Assembly: GCA_964016885.1 (NCBI GenBank)
Contig: OZ024741.1
Coordinates: 354,516,001 to 354,580,000 of the forward strand
Direction: 5' to 3'
DNA: 64,000 nucleotides
From: Eledone cirrhosa
Lineage: Eukaryota
Part shown: piece by piece, positions 1-13,384 of the stretch
Numbering within the stretch: position 1 is the first letter of the stretch
Layout of the letters: the number at the start of each line of letters is the position of its first letter
Position numbers and translations under genes: made by a program
Notes under the pieces: generated by a model
What the model was told of the DNA's origin: nothing
What the model saw: the letters and a program-made list of their open reading frames with translations, nothing else
Databases searched by the model: none

Positions 1-38
1 CCAGAGTACTCAATATTTAGGGTAGTGGAGTGGGTAAC

Positions 39-150
39 AGGAAAAGAGTCAGGACCCCGACAGCTGAGCTCCGGCCGTTTCGACAGCTAGATCCAGATCT
101 AGCTGTCGAAACAGCCGGAGCTCAGCCTTTGGGGTCTTGATTCTTCTCCT
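39..150. repeat. Near-perfect foldback palindrome (~55 bp arms, 2-nt loop), probably Penelope-like terminal-repeat derived
   Basis: aggaaaagagtcaggacccc..gctgagctccggccgtttcgacagctagatc-ca-gatctagctgtcgaaacagccggagctcagc..ggggtcttgattcttctcct; contains the gtcgaaac half of a hammerhead-type motif. Confidence 0.8.
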
Positions 151-1696
151 TTATATATATATATATATATCCTGGTTTTTAGAATAGGTGCACTGTATCC
201 CTGCATGCCATAAGAGGCAGGAAGGACATCCAGCTGTAAAACCTTGTCTCAAAACATCTCGTCCAACCTATTCTACCATGGAAAAGTAAAAACGATGATG
301 ATATATATATGATTAACATATGGACATATGTTATATATTAAACATTTTAATCCTGCAGATCTTACTTAAACAACTTCTTATGATAATTACTAGTCAAGAG
401 AAAAGTAAGAAAGTAGTTATTGGGATAAGCAGAATACTGATTCTTACGTTAAACAGATTTGTTAACACCAGATAAATGTTTGTAATCTTAAGCCAAAGTA
501 ACATAGTACATTTGAATTGAATAGTTTTCTCAGGTAATTTATATGACTAGGTGTAGATGAATTATACTTTTCTTTGTGACAAAGTAGATTTACAATATGG
601 TGGGAAATTGGCAGACTCTATACACTCTGTAAAATAATAGTGCTGGTGCCATGATAAAATGCACTGAGTACATTCTAGAAAGTGATAGTGTTGGTGCCAC
701 CATAAAATGCATAAAGAACTTCATAAAAATACCTCTAAGTGAAGTCATTTAATATGAAAAAATAACTTTTTCTCCATATTTGACACCTGGGCAATGCTAT
801 TGAGAAAACAGAAATATCTCTATTTCTACTATAACAGAGTACAAATAATTATTTGCACAAACTAGAGTTTTATGTATATGGGGTTTTGTCAAATAAGAGT
901 AGTGATATTAAAGATTAATTTAATAAAAATTAAGAAAATAGAATTTTAAAATTCTATGATTAGTTACTTGCCAAATATAATTGCTTACATTGGTAAACTA
1001 TCACAAATTATTGGTGACAGATATAGCCTTTTAAATTGACTTTCTGACTGAGAAATAAGTATCTGACTGGTACTTATTTTCTATTTACATCACCAACGCA
1101 CATACAATGGAATTTAGTTTAATGATGCCACATACTTTATTAAGATAAACATAAGAACAAAAAACTGTATACACATATGCAGAATTTGAGATAATTTTGT
1201 TTTAAGTACAAATAATCTATTTCCTCTTTTATGAAGAGAAATAAAAAATATTAGGTTCCTATTTTTGTTAGAACCAGGAAAATAATTGACAACTATTATT
1301 ATATGAGTGAAGGTAGCATTTGTTCTGGGTAATATGAGATCACAATTTGTAAGCAATTGGAATGTAATATTACACAAGGTTTGTTTTTGAAAAGACCTTT
1401 AAGAAATTCTCATAGTGTGAAATAGGTCATGACAAACATTTTGAATAGTTTGGTGGGAAATAAGCCATCTCACGATAGTAAAAGGAAAGAAAATATACAA
1501 TATTGCTGTGAGATTAACCCCAAATCTTTCACATTCTACATTTATATTATTTTGTCCATATCTTTTCAACATGAAGGCATGTAGCTTAGTGGTTAAGGTG
1601 TTTGGGTCACAAAATTAGTAACAAAAATAGAAAACATTTTAGTTAAGCATCATTATTTTCATCAAAAAACAAAGAAAAAAGCTTGTGTTTGTATAT

Positions 1697-3503
1697 CATC
1701 ATGATCATCATCATTTTACGTCCGCTTTTCCCTGCTTGCAAGGGTCGGACGGGTCTTATTCAGCACAGCATCTCTCCACTCATCACGGTCCCTCGTGGTC
1801 TGTTCTCACCACCTCCGCCCATGTTTTTCGTGGTCTACCTCTACCACGTCTTCCTTCAACTGGCATTTCCTGGCACTTCTTCACCCATCGGTCATCCTCC
1901 ATGCGCATCACATGTCCATACCACCTCAGTCTCCTCTCCCGTACACTACACTCTATCCCTCTCAGACACAGTTTCTCTCTCAACACATTTATGCTGGGTC
2001 GTTCACGCACATTTACACTGCACATCCAACGGAGCATGCTTGCCTCATTTCTCTCCAGCCGTCGCATATCCTCTGCAGTTGCTGCCCATGTCTCACTACC
2101 ATGCAGCATCGCGCTCCTCACACAGGCATCATACAACCGGCCTTTCGTACGCAGGGAGAAACCCTTCTTTGTCAACAGAGGAAGCAGCTCCCTAAACTTC
2201 TTCCAACCCGTCCTTATTCTAGATACTATGGCCTCGGAACACCCTCCTCCCATGCTAATCTGATCTCCTAGGTACCGGAAGCTATCCACCACTTCTATAG
2301 CGCCCTCTTGCATTTGAAAAATGTGTCTATCAGTGCGACTTCTACTGTCTAATTTCCCTGTACATCTACTGCATACATATTTCTCCCTACCTGTTAGTTT
2401 GCCTGCTATCCCGCTACATCTCTTGTGTACCCAGGATCTGCATTGTGTGCATTTTATAGAATTTATGCCAGTTCCTTTTCTGCATATCGAACATGGCCAT
2501 TTCCCTGACGGAATCAGGGTTTTGTCCTCTTTTCTACTCATCAACACTTTTGTCTTAGCTAGATTCACTCTCAGTCCTCTTGCTTCCAACTGCTGTTTCC
2601 ATAGCCAGAATTTATTCTCTAGCTCCTCTACTGATTCTGCTATAAGAACCAGATCGTCAGCATAGAGAAGTTCCCATGGACAGCCAGTCTTAAACTCCTC
2701 TGTTATGGCTTGGAGGACTATAATGAACAAGAGCGGGCTGAGGACCGAGCCCTGATGTACTCCTACTTGTATCTGGAATTCCTCACTAAACTCCATTCCT
2801 ACCCTGACTTTACTGAGAGTACCTCTGTACAAAGTTTGCACTGTCCTCACAAGCCATTCCTCAACACCTAGCTTCCTTAGGGACCACCAGATGACAGATC
2901 GGGGTACCCTATCAAAGGCCTTCTCTAGGTCAACAAAGGCTAAGTATAGTGGCTTATTCTTCTCTAAGAACCTCTCTTGCATTTGTCTCACCAAGAAGAG
3001 GGCATCTGTTGTACTCTTCCCAGGCACAAAACCAAACTGCATCTCATCTAGTTTGACCCTTTCTCTAATTAGTTGTGCTAAAATCCTTTCTGCCACTTTC
3101 ATAACCTGATCTATCAGTTTTATACCCCTATAATTGCTCCTCTCCAAAGCATCCCCTTTACCTTTGTAGCAATTTATGAGAATACTGCTGCACCAGTCTT
3201 TGGGTATGACACCACCATATATAGCCTGATTGATGATGCGTGCAACCAGTTTAGTGCCTACGTCCCCTGATGCCTTCAGCATCTCAGCAACTATTCCCGA
3301 TGGTCCGGCCGCCTTACCATTTTTCATTTCCCTAATCGCCTCTTGGACCCTATATTCGTCAATCTCAATAGCTGGTCCCTCTGTCGGATCTATCAAGGGT
3401 AATTTCTCTCTCTCCCATTCGTTCTCCACATTCATCAGTCTCTCATAATGACATTTCCAGGCCTCCTTTTTCTGATCATTCGTGACACTAAGTACAGTGT
3501 CTT
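1697..3503 (-). mobile_element. 5'-truncated RTE-clade LINE (PHD-finger family) with (GAT)n tail, flanked by TA repeats
   Basis: Uninterrupted RT ORF; 3' end cccgtccgacccttgcaagcagggaaaagcggacgtaaaatgatgatc on minus; (TA)n at 3505-3520. Confidence 0.92.
1783..3435 (-). CDS. RTE LINE ORF2 C-terminal part: reverse transcriptase plus PHD-like Cys/His finger (frame stays open to the truncation near 3500)
   Basis: 550 aa ORF with QFGFVPG, FVDLEKAFD, GVHQGSVLSP, LLYADD, CSIC..CTQC..HKRC..CSRC, RLRWYGHV, RGRPRKTW. Confidence 0.9.
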   Translation of the reverse strand: MNVENEWEREKLPLIDPTEGPAIEIDEYRVQEAIREMKNGKAAGPSGIVAEMLKASGDVGTKLVARIINQAIYGGVIPKDWCSSILINCYKGKGDALERSNYRGIKLIDQVMKVAERILAQLIRERVKLDEMQFGFVPGKSTTDALFLVRQMQERFLEKNKPLYLAFVDLEKAFDRVPRSVIWWSLRKLGVEEWLVRTVQTLYRGTLSKVRVGMEFSEEFQIQVGVHQGSVLSPLLFIIVLQAITEEFKTGCPWELLYADDLVLIAESVEELENKFWLWKQQLEARGLRVNLAKTKVLMSRKEDKTLIPSGKWPCSICRKGTGINSIKCTQCRSWVHKRCSGIAGKLTGREKYVCSRCTGKLDSRSRTDRHIFQMQEGAIEVVDSFRYLGDQISMGGGCSEAIVSRIRTGWKKFRELLPLLTKKGFSLRTKGRLYDACVRSAMLHGSETWAATAEDMRRLERNEASMLRWMCSVNVRERPSINVLREKLCLRGIECSVRERRLRWYGHVMRMEDDRWVKKCQEMPVEGRRGRGRPRKTWAEVVRTDHEGP

Positions 3504-6500
3504 ATGTATATATATATATATTGCTTTTTAGTTTTTCTTTGATGCACAATTATTACATTAACTACATCTTAATCTCTCAATTAAAAAAAAAATGTTTAAT
3601 TGTTATTAGTATAGTTATTGTTGAAAACCTTGAAATTGATTATTGTAACAACATCCAATGAATCAAATCACATTAAAAAGTTGTAGATTATGAAATTACA
3701 TGTAGATGAAGCTGAAACTTATAAATAGTATATTGTTCATTACATATTTTTGTCATGCTAGTTTCAGACGAAAAACACCATGGCATTGCATCAATTTTGT
3801 TTGTTGGGTCACATTTTGCACCTGGTAGTTAATTAGCTTAAAAGGACTACAATGTTTTGGATACCAAAAAATGGGAAACTGGAAGAGGGGCTAGCCCAGG
3901 AAAACCTCCAGGGGATCTCATTTCAGACACACAAGAACCAGTTCGACAGGTGTGGAGAACTACAGTAGAAAACCTAGGATTAAGACTAATTGGTTTCATC
4001 TGGATCAATATCTTATATTCACATGAATTAATAAGAGGGTTGAGTTATAAAGAATAGTATCTGACTAATTGATAAAAAGAAAAGAATTATTGTTTTGAAG
4101 CAATTTCATTTCTTTATTTCTGGTGATTCAACACATAACTGAAGAAGGAATATCTAAGGGTACTGATTAGTCAAAAAGAAGGCTGGAAGGTTGAAAAGGA
4201 TTGCTCGATGAAATTAATTTGAGAAAGATCTTTTCCCATATATTTTTTATTAACTGGTAGTGAAAGGTATGCTGTATAGAAGATGGTTCTATGAAACAAA
4301 ACTATCGATTTAGAAGATTCCTATTTAAATTTAAATCTTCCAACATAATTTTATATTAAAAAAAGAATGTTATTGTTTTACAAACACGATCTTAATAATT
4401 GAAATAATTTTAGTAAATACATCTAAATTATTTAATGATAAAATTCAAATACAGTATATTTCATTAGAAATATGGTAAAGAAAGGATTAAGAGATTAAAA
4501 GATTGCTATAGTTCACAAGACAGGAGCACTACATTTACAGGTTTTATTTACAGGAGGATTGCAAATCAACATTGCCAAATAGCAAAACACTTAGCAATTG
4601 TTCCGCCCACACCTTCCACTGCCTGTTCTTGTGAACTATATCACATAAAGGTCTCAGTTGAATTAAACATTGAGAGTTAAGTGTCTTTGCTTGGGGTACA
4701 TTGTAGCACAGATGAAGAGGTGTCAAAACATCAACCATTCAAATAGCAAGCTGGCCTAGATACCTGTAGTTCCCTTCTAAAAAAAACAATGAGGTATGGT
4801 CTTAGTATATTACATTCTGGGACAAGTAATGTATAATATAAAACCTCCTCAGTTTAAACTTATTTGATGGTAAATAGTTGACTATTAACTTTCTGAGGAA
4901 TTAATTTATTATATGTATATATAATATATATATAGAAGCATCCAGTCACTGCGTAAGGTGGTACTACTGGTGCCATGATAAAATGTTTCCAGTACATGCT
5001 GAAAAATGGTTGAGGTTAGGAAGGGCATCCAGCTGTAGAAGCCATGCCAAAAATGGAATGTTTGAGCTGAAACGTGGTCACCTGACCAGTCCAGCCTCAG
5101 AATGCAACAATCTGTCTAACCAAGCATTGAAAATAAGTGTGTGATGATGATATTATTAGTAAAGAAATGAGAACGAGAACAGAATCTGAGCAATCTAGGT
5201 TTCCAGAAAAAGAAAGAAACATCAAATAGGTGTTATAACATTCTCACTTCACTAAGATTCAAAATGACAAATTTTAGCGAGTTAACCGAATATTTTACTA
5301 ACCAGTCAAAAGCTGGGCTTTACAACAGAAGTATGCAACTAAAACAAAAGCAGAACCAGTTTCTTGATCTAAAGAAAAAAAAAAAATCTTCCTTTCAGAG
5401 GTCTAACATAGCAACAACATTAATGCCAGAGATAGGGGGAGGGAGATACTTTTGGTGCCCCTTTCTTAATTAACAGACATTATAGGACAGAAGAAATTTC
5501 ATACACTTTCAAATATGCCGCTACTCTTCTGGTTAAATGTGCACATGGTCAGCTATTGGCTATACTTAATTATATAAGGATTTCCACACATTTTCAATAA
5601 ACAAATTAACAAAACGCTCGCAACATCAATTCCAAACATAAAGCAAACTTGTTGAACAACTTTTAGGAACACCAAATGTTTCTCAATAGACAGAATTTCT
5701 TTCAATATTTTCCAACAGGCTAAATAAATAGATAAAACATTAACATAATTCAGAAATAAAATTCAAACTGGTTTACAATTGAATTTGTAACTGGTTGACC
5801 TTCATCAGCTGCAATTTCTTACTAACCAACACGACCATCAAAACAACTCTACATATATAACCTTGTATGACTGCATTTCTTATGAAATACACTCTATTCC
5901 AATTATTTAATGAAGAATTTTTAGGTATTTAATAATAACTAATTATTTTATTACCAAGGCAGTAACTTAACATATAGTTCTTATATAACATTATGTTGGA
6001 AGATTCTAATTTAAGTAGGAACCCTTTAAAATGAGTGGTTTTGATTCATAGAACCAGGTTGTTTTTTTTTGCATGTGTGTGTGTGTGTGTGTATGTGTGT
6101 GTGTGCGTGTATTAACAGTTTGACTTATCCTTACACTGACATTCATTCCATAGATGTAAACAAACAATGCTAACTCTTCAGATGCAATAGGAAATACCTG
6201 GCAGTGATTGAAATTATGGCTGCCAAGTGGAAATTATAAAAGGCCTCCATTAGTTGGTTCAGGTCACATGGTAGAGACAAAAAAACTACAACAACAGATA
6301 CTCGTGCTCGTTGATCCACATGGGGTGGTGACACCAATCAGTCTAATATGTGTGTAAGATGGTAATTTAGCAACAACAGATAACAAATAGTTGTTTTACA
6401 GCAGCAGTGTGTGGATCTGTTGTCAGTGTTCCTTGTGGCAAGTTTGCCAGCAGCATGATTTGTTTGTTACTTGCTAGCAGCAGTGTTGAGAGGTTAAGTG

Positions 6501-6697
6501 TTATCCATCTTACATGTGAAACTAAGGTTGTCTTTCACAGATATTAAGGACCAATAGCTTGAAATTGTTTACCAGGGTGTTTCTTTGTTTCTTTGAAGGC
6601 AACAAATTGATATGTTGGTCTTCCTTGTTAATGGATAATGAAGGTTGCTTGAAGCTGTGTAGCCTCTTACAAAGTAATGTACAATGTTGCAAATAAT

Positions 6698-6882
6698 TGT
6701 TTCTACTTTAGGCACAAGGCCAGCAATTACCCAGTGCATTACTGGTACTTTATTTTATCGACCCCGTAAGGATGAAAGGCAAAGTCAACCTCGGCGGGAT
6801 TTGAACTCAGATCGTAAAGGGACGTAACTATGCTGGAAAGCATGGCGTCTGACCCTCTACCGATACTGCCAATCCACCGCCC
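6698..6882 (-). mobile_element. tRNA-derived SINE with Meta/MESC-type core, 14-bp TSD
   Basis: Core gcctttcatccttacggggtcgataaaataaagtaccag on minus; TSD atgttgcaaataat at 6684-6697 and 6883-6896. Confidence 0.85.
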
Positions 6883-7526
6883 ATGTTGCAAATAATGTCA
6901 TCAAGTCAGGAATAACTAACCTTAACATTATAGGAACTAACAAATTTATAGTACATATGGATGTTTTGAGAAGTGCTGTCTGATTAGGAACAAGAAGCTT
7001 CTAGCTATATCTGTAAAAACATCTAGATTAAATGGCAAATTAAATCAGGTTATGTTTCTCTTCTGAACTTTATCACTTATTCCCTACCACATCTGTTTGC
7101 TTATGTATATGAAACCAATGTTGATACAAAGATAAATATATGCATTAACTGTTTGACTTAATTTCAAAATTATATGTTGATTGCTCTTTTCATTCATTGT
7201 ACCCAAATCTATCTATCTATCTATATAAAGAATGTATTTGGAAAACCAGTACATTGCAAATAGGAAATATAATAGTAGAACTAAAGTAAAATAAGAATGA
7301 CAGAACAAAACAAGAGATTTTACCCTATATTTCATAATATTTCGAGGTTAGAACCTCTTTATCAAATGAAGAAAAATCAGAGCAACTTGTTCTTACATGC
7401 TATTATTCCTTGTTGTATGACTGACTATTGGTGAAAGTAGGTTAGTGGAAACATGAGGAACAGACTGGTCACAATAGTCTGTTGGCCCCATGTAGTCAAG
7501 ATCTATTGTTATTTTTAGGTTTATAC

Positions 7527-7747
7527 AAGGGTGGCGGATTGGCAATATTGGTAGAGCGTTGGATAACATGCTTTAGCATATAGTTACGGCCCTTTACGTT
7601 CTCAGTTCAAATCATGCTGAAGTTAGTTTTACCTTTCATCGTTTCATGGTCGAGAAAATAAAGTACCAGTAACACACTGGAGTCAATTTAATTGACTTTC
7701 CCCTTCCCCCAAAATCGTTGGTTTTGTGCCTAAATCAGAAACCATTA
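7527..7747 (+). mobile_element. Meta/MESC-core SINE, 12-bp TSD
   Basis: ggcggattggc head, gttcaaatc B-box, cctttcatc..gtcgagaaaataaagtaccag core; TSD ttaggtttatac at 7515-7526 and 7748-7759. Confidence 0.85.
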
Positions 7748-7748
7748 T

Positions 7749-7878
7749 TAGGTTTATACCTATCGATAAAAAAAGGCTTCTTTGATCTGCAAATAACCAA
7801 TGTTCCATAAAATTCACTGAGAGGAACCTTTGTAATTTGCAGATCAAGAGGCCCTTCTTATCAACGGGTATAAACCTA
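7749..7878. repeat. Small foldback element (MITE-like inverted repeat)
   Basis: aggtttatacctatcgataa..ttgatctgcaaat / atttgcagatcaag..ttatcaacgggtataaacct. Confidence 0.7.
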
Positions 7879-8419
7879 GTATTAAAAATAGAACTGAGCT
7901 ACATAGGACCAACTGAAGATGATAATGGCGGTGGTGGTGATGACGACGATGTTAAAGCATTGAAATACTTGGAAACTGATTAATCTCGAGCTAATGCATT
8001 CCTTTTGAGAGATATAGTATTTCATACACCAGTTTCGTGTGCAACAGCTATAAATTTGGAAAGGGTTTTTCAAAATAAAAGAAAAGCGAAGAAGGAATGT
8101 TTTTATGAGAGTGAGAGCCTTCACTTCCAGCACAAATATATTACAATGGTGGTGCTTGGTAACTAAGTTTACAAACACTTACTTAAAGCATTCCTGTTAC
8201 TACTAAGTCTTCTTTATCAGGTTGTATGCATCAGTAAATTCAATGTTCCCAGTATTAGAAGCTAGGCATATGGCCATGATAATACAAACCCACCCAAAAC
8301 AGGCTCTGGTTCTATGAAACAAAAACACCTATTTTAAATTGGTTCCTATTTGAATTAAAATCTTCCAACATAATTGTATATAAGAACCATATGTTAAGTT
8401 ACTATCTCAGTTGTTGTTG

Positions 8420-8730
8420 AACCTCCATCATTTCCAATGGTGAGTGCTCCAGTTGATTTAATCAAGGGAACTGCCTGAAGTGGCTGAACATTCCACAGAC
8501 ATGTACACCCATAACATAGTACTCAGGGAGATTCAGTGTGACACAATACGTAACAGGGCTGGCCCTCTTGAATTACAGGTATAATTCAGTTTTGTCAGCT
8601 GAGTGGACTGGAGTAACATGAAATAAAGCCTCTTGCTCAAAGACACAAATAATTGCCAGTTCAGGAATTGAACTCACGACCTTACAATCATGAGCTGAAC
8701 ACCCTAACTACTAATCCACCCATGTGTGTT
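8420..8730 (-). mobile_element. CORE-like tRNA SINE (family also at 32510-32750 -, 35125-35230 -, 46325-46600 +, 49320-49455 -)
   Basis: Shared head tagtggttagggtgttc..gagttcaattcc, tgtgtc(c)ttgagcaaga core and tgaatctccctgag..ttcagccacttc body in all copies. Confidence 0.75.
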
Positions 8731-11700
8731 AGTAATGAAATAATTAATAACTAATAGACCAGTGCCATCAATAATGACCACAGCAGCATTGAAAATATTA
8801 AATTTTTGGAGTCCAGGATTAATAAGCTATATATACCATGATTAACAAATGGATATATGTGAACAATCATACAAACTGGAAAAGTTGCATTGCCCTATAG
8901 TTTATGTTGATTACTGACATGTGGAAGTGATTAAGAATGATATTTTGATAATGTATTTCTAGGATATAATTACATTAATTATTAGCATATGTGTACAAAT
9001 AACATATAGGATTAAACGTATGAGTAACTTTGGAGAAATAACTATTTACAAGGACAAATGTAGAGTTAGAACCCAGGATCTTGTGAATAGAAAGCAAATT
9101 TCTTATTGTAGCAACATAATTGAAATAAGAAAGGCAATATGTTTATGTGTGTAAATTTTGAAGAGTTACAGATTGAGATATATATATAAATATACAAACA
9201 TACATGGCAAGTGGTGGTAGGTTGGAATTAATTGTTTTTTTGTTTTGTTTGTTTAGAATTGGTATAGGTAAAGGGTTCTTAACTCTTAATGATGTAATAG
9301 AGGCATTTTAAACCTAGTAGAGCCCATCCCTCTCCAGGTTGTTGAACAATCAATTTCTACCAGAGAAAGAATGAGAGACAGAGAGAGAAAAGTGATAAAG
9401 GACAAATTGACACTAGTACCAGATCATCAACCTTGAAAGGATGAAAACAATGTTGACTTCGGTGGGATTTGAATACAGAGTGCAGTGAGCTAGAATAAAT
9501 ACTGAGGCATTTCTGTCAAGAATTGGTATAGCAGTAGTAAAGTAAAATGGATTTTTTTTTTTTTTTCGTAAGGCCATTTGACCATTCTTAATCATTGGTG
9601 CTCAGTCCTGGATTGTCACTGTAATGTCTGTGTTGTATTTATTTCATATCTTGATTTCCAAATATAGTTTGAGTTATGTGCTGTTTTCTAAATAGTAGTG
9701 GATAGAATTAACTGATGTGTTGGTTGGTGCAGGCGAGTTGTGAATGAGTGAGTACATTGCGAGACGTTTTGCTTTTTGTGTGAAGATATTATTATAACAT
9801 TCTCTGCATTTCTCTTTCAGAAAGGATGCAGCATATTTGAGAAAGGGTAGGCTGAACATGCTGAGCTGAAATGTGCTTTACATAAAAGCACTATTCCAAA
9901 CCTGCTTGATAATCTGAAGAGCTTGAAGTGGATATGTTCTTTCAAAAGCAAGTCATGTTATTCACATGGAATCATACACACCCACAGAAACAATCTACAA
10001 ATATAATCTTTTACCTCCATATCAACAAAATATTTATGCAATGTGCAACCAAGTGCATAAGTCCAAACTTTAATTGCAAAGACATATACACAAGAATGTA
10101 GGCACACAAACACATATAGCCAGTTTAGAGAGGGTTATCTAGTTGTTCTTTTAGTGTTACAGATAGATTTATTGGCTTTTTCTGTTCTAACTAGTCACCA
10201 ACTGGTTAAAACAATTCATATTTTCTCTACTATTCATAAAGATAACATATTTCCCTTTAAATCTTAATGTTCTATACCATATTAGCAATGTATTCTGTAA
10301 AGTACAAAACAGTACTATGACTGCATCACCTTAAAGATTAATATCTTCACTCCAATATTATAAATTTTCATAATCTGTCCACTAATAAAAGTACTATAAC
10401 CATTTCAATTAACAAACCAATTTTTAGATATTTTCTGCTAAATTCCTTCAGGATGTTAAGAGTTAAGCATACAACATATTTTATAAAAGAATAATCAAGT
10501 TGACCTTACTATAATAATAACCCGGACAACTTGTTTTAGTACCTATATCATGCCCTTGGCAAGTTTATTTATTGCTCTTTTTTTTGTGAATACTAATAAC
10601 CAATATATTCCTGTGTCTAGTAAGTTTTCACATGATGACACTTTTCCTGATTGCCTGACAGACTGGTTTTTTTTTTCAACTGAATAGCTTTCTACTAATG
10701 AGCAATTAACCATGACTCCTGTACTGGAATCATGGAACCACCCTTCTACTTAACATGCATATTTAAAGACAAACTCAGTGACTTTATGTTGTAATTCTAG
10801 AGCAGGCAGAATAACCGATAGTGTTCTAGTGACATATGGTGATACCAGATGAAGGCAAGAAGTGAAACAACTGCATACAGCCAGCTATGAAATGGTTGTC
10901 AAGTTGTTAGAACCATATTAAATAAATTGTCATTACTCAAGGGGCTGAATAATTTTTGATAGCATAAATAAATGTAATCAAACCTATCAATATCTAGTTT
11001 GTGAAATTTCTGAGATATTTTATCTTTCTATTAGATACATATATACCATAAATCTCATTAACCAGAGTAGAATGAGAGTAGTTCTTGACACAGTTGGGAC
11101 CATTTTACTTCACTGATACTCACAGGAAAAGCAATAGTTATTGATTTCACTTGTAACAATACTTAGTTTAATTTATTATATACAGTGAACCCTTAAGTGG
11201 TTTATTGAACCCTTTTTTTGTTTTTCAATGATTTAATCATAGGAGGGAGAGTAGCATCCGAACCATTTCAGCATCTCCAAGAAATCTGGTCAAAATACAC
11301 TAGATCAGGTAGTGGTGGTATGCTGAGTTCCAGATTAAATTTATGATCCAGAGCGGGAGGAGTTGTTGCTCTTTTTCTCTGTCTCAGATAGGTGCTTACA
11401 ATGTCTAACATGATTATCTGTTGAAAATGTTAACACTTAATTCAATCTATATAAGCTGATATAAAATATTTTGTAGCGTCTAAATAGCAAAGATGTCACT
11501 AATTTACTATTTAATCCTTTCGTTACTGTATTTCTAATTAAATACATAGAGAATAATCAAGAATTTGGAGAGATTTAGTAATATAAATAACTTTCTCATT
11601 ATCAAGCTGGTGTTTGAAAATGATAATGGAATGCTTTTAGATAAATATAAACACTTTAAAATAAACAATTTCAAATCATAGAACTAAGGGCAGTTTCACG

Positions 11701-11884
11701 CAGTCTATTATCAAAAAGAAGACTGCTTATAGTTTAGTATTGTATGGAAAACTTATATCTAATAGATAAACATTTCATCTTGTTTCTAAAAGCAGGTAGT
11801 CATCTTCAATGTCCTGAACCAACAACATGGCAATTTCAATTGTCAGAATGTTTATTTCTGGTATTATAATTCTACATGTTTATT

Positions 11885-12160
11885 CTAGTCTAAAGTCTGT
11901 CTCAAGCCAGGAGGCTCATCAGACCGGTGCTTATGCTGGTTTTGTGGCATAAAGCGACTAAGAGTACAAGCCTTACCCCTGGACAGGATGTCAGTCCATC
12001 GCAGTTTAAATTCCCAGCTATTGCAGGTACTCATTTTCAGTTGAGTATAATGAAGCGTTTTGCTCACGAATACAACACACAACCCAGCCCAGTAATTGAA
12101 CCCATGACATTATGATCATAAGTCCAACACACTTACCATTAGGCTACACACCTCCACTAT
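11885..12160 (-). mobile_element. CORE-like tRNA SINE, second body type, 12-bp TSD
   Basis: TSD tacatgtttatt at 11873-11884 and 12161-12172; same body as 60209-60489. Confidence 0.8.
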
Positions 12161-13276
12161 TACATGTTTATTGACTGGGTCTTTCACAGTATGCATTCTA
12201 ATGTAAATGTTTGTATTTATGTATGTCTGACAATGACTTTTAAGCTACAGAAGTTTGGCAATTTATTAAATGGATTTTTAGATTTCCGCAAATGACACAA
12301 TTGCCATGTTGCTATTTCCAGTCTGATCCAGAGAAAAGAATAGAAATCTATCTGACACAAGCCTGGTTGATGTATAATTAAATCTAAATGGAAAAAGCAA
12401 ATGTATGCACATTATCTAAAGTACACACATTTGCTAAAACAGCAAACAAGAGTCCATAGCTTAACTTACAAACTATTTTTTTTTCTCTTTGCTTCTAAAC
12501 ATTAAATTATATAAAAATATATTTATATACATATATATATACAGATACTCAAACACATGTATATAAGCAATATGTATACATATATATAAGTGTGTGTGTA
12601 TGTGATGATTATACATATATATATATATATATATATATCATGATCACCATCATTTAATGTCTGTTTTCCCAGCTAACAAGTGTGAGATATATCGTCACAG
12701 ACTGATCAGTACTTAGGCGGAGCCACTGACCTCTAGGTGGGCTGGGGGCCCAACATACGATCCCTCCCTCTATCCAGTGCATTTTATTGTGCCACTAACA
12801 GTAAGGAAGTTGTAATGTCTTTCACACAGTTGAAGTGTCCTGCTGACATTTTGTTTGGCAGGTTTTCTATGACTTGATGCCCTTCCTAAATACATATACA
12901 CACATTCTAATTACAAATGAAAAAAAAAAGATACTCAATATATAATGCAACATTTATATTTAATTGGAATCAGTTGATAATTTACAACACACAGAGTCAC
13001 ACACACTTATACATATATACAAACACACACACATTGCATACATACATCATATACAATTGGGCATCTTTTCCCAATGGATATGACACTAGGTAATCATTAA
13101 AATACCACTCTCACATTGTTATAAGAAGCAGCATTAAACCTTAATTCAAATGTCATGTTTGTCTGCATAATAAAAAACAATATTCTCCAAATATTGGTGG
13201 CTCTCAGGTTTGTGGTCGAGCTCATAGCAGTGGAGACTTCTGTTGTCCTTGGCCATAGGAGCACCTCCCTACTCAC

Positions 13277-13384
13277 CACCACCAGCACGGAGTTGGCCAC
13301 CCACAGGTGTGAGCCCCACGAGCTGGAATGGCTCTTCCAACTCATCTCCATGCTCAGGGGGAAATGTTTTCACTATTCTGTCCA
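13277..13384 (-). other. Candidate 108-nt cassette exon of the minus-strand gene (VDRIVKTFPPEHGDELEEPFQLVGLTPVGGQLRAGG in its only open frame)
   Basis: Unique GC-rich block; long upstream pyrimidine tract and AG-free zone, tgctaat branch-like motif, cttag acceptor, GTG|gtgagt donor; length is a multiple of 3. Confidence 0.5.

Noticed and set aside
366-389. 24-nt minus-strand exon candidate (tttctcttgactag|..AA|gtaaga)
   Set aside because: Good splice motifs but no recognisable peptide; such matches arise by chance in AT-rich introns
1683-3448. Plus-strand ORFs of 70-190 aa overlapping the RTE
   Set aside because: Antisense shadows of the RT ORF with no recognisable motifs; the same applies to ORFs opposite the LINEs at 24.4-28.5 kb and 37-43 kb
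6698-8730. tRNA genes
   Set aside because: A/B-box-like heads continue into SINE cores with TSDs and do not give a complete cloverleaf
13340-13384. Antizyme-like +1 frameshift at TCC CCC TGA (minus)
   Set aside because: Neither frame resembles antizyme and the canonical UCC-UGA context is absent
13290-13384. GQN..IPAR match to human eIF4G2 in a stop-containing frame
   Set aside because: Needs two TGA codons recoded; a match this short is likely chance
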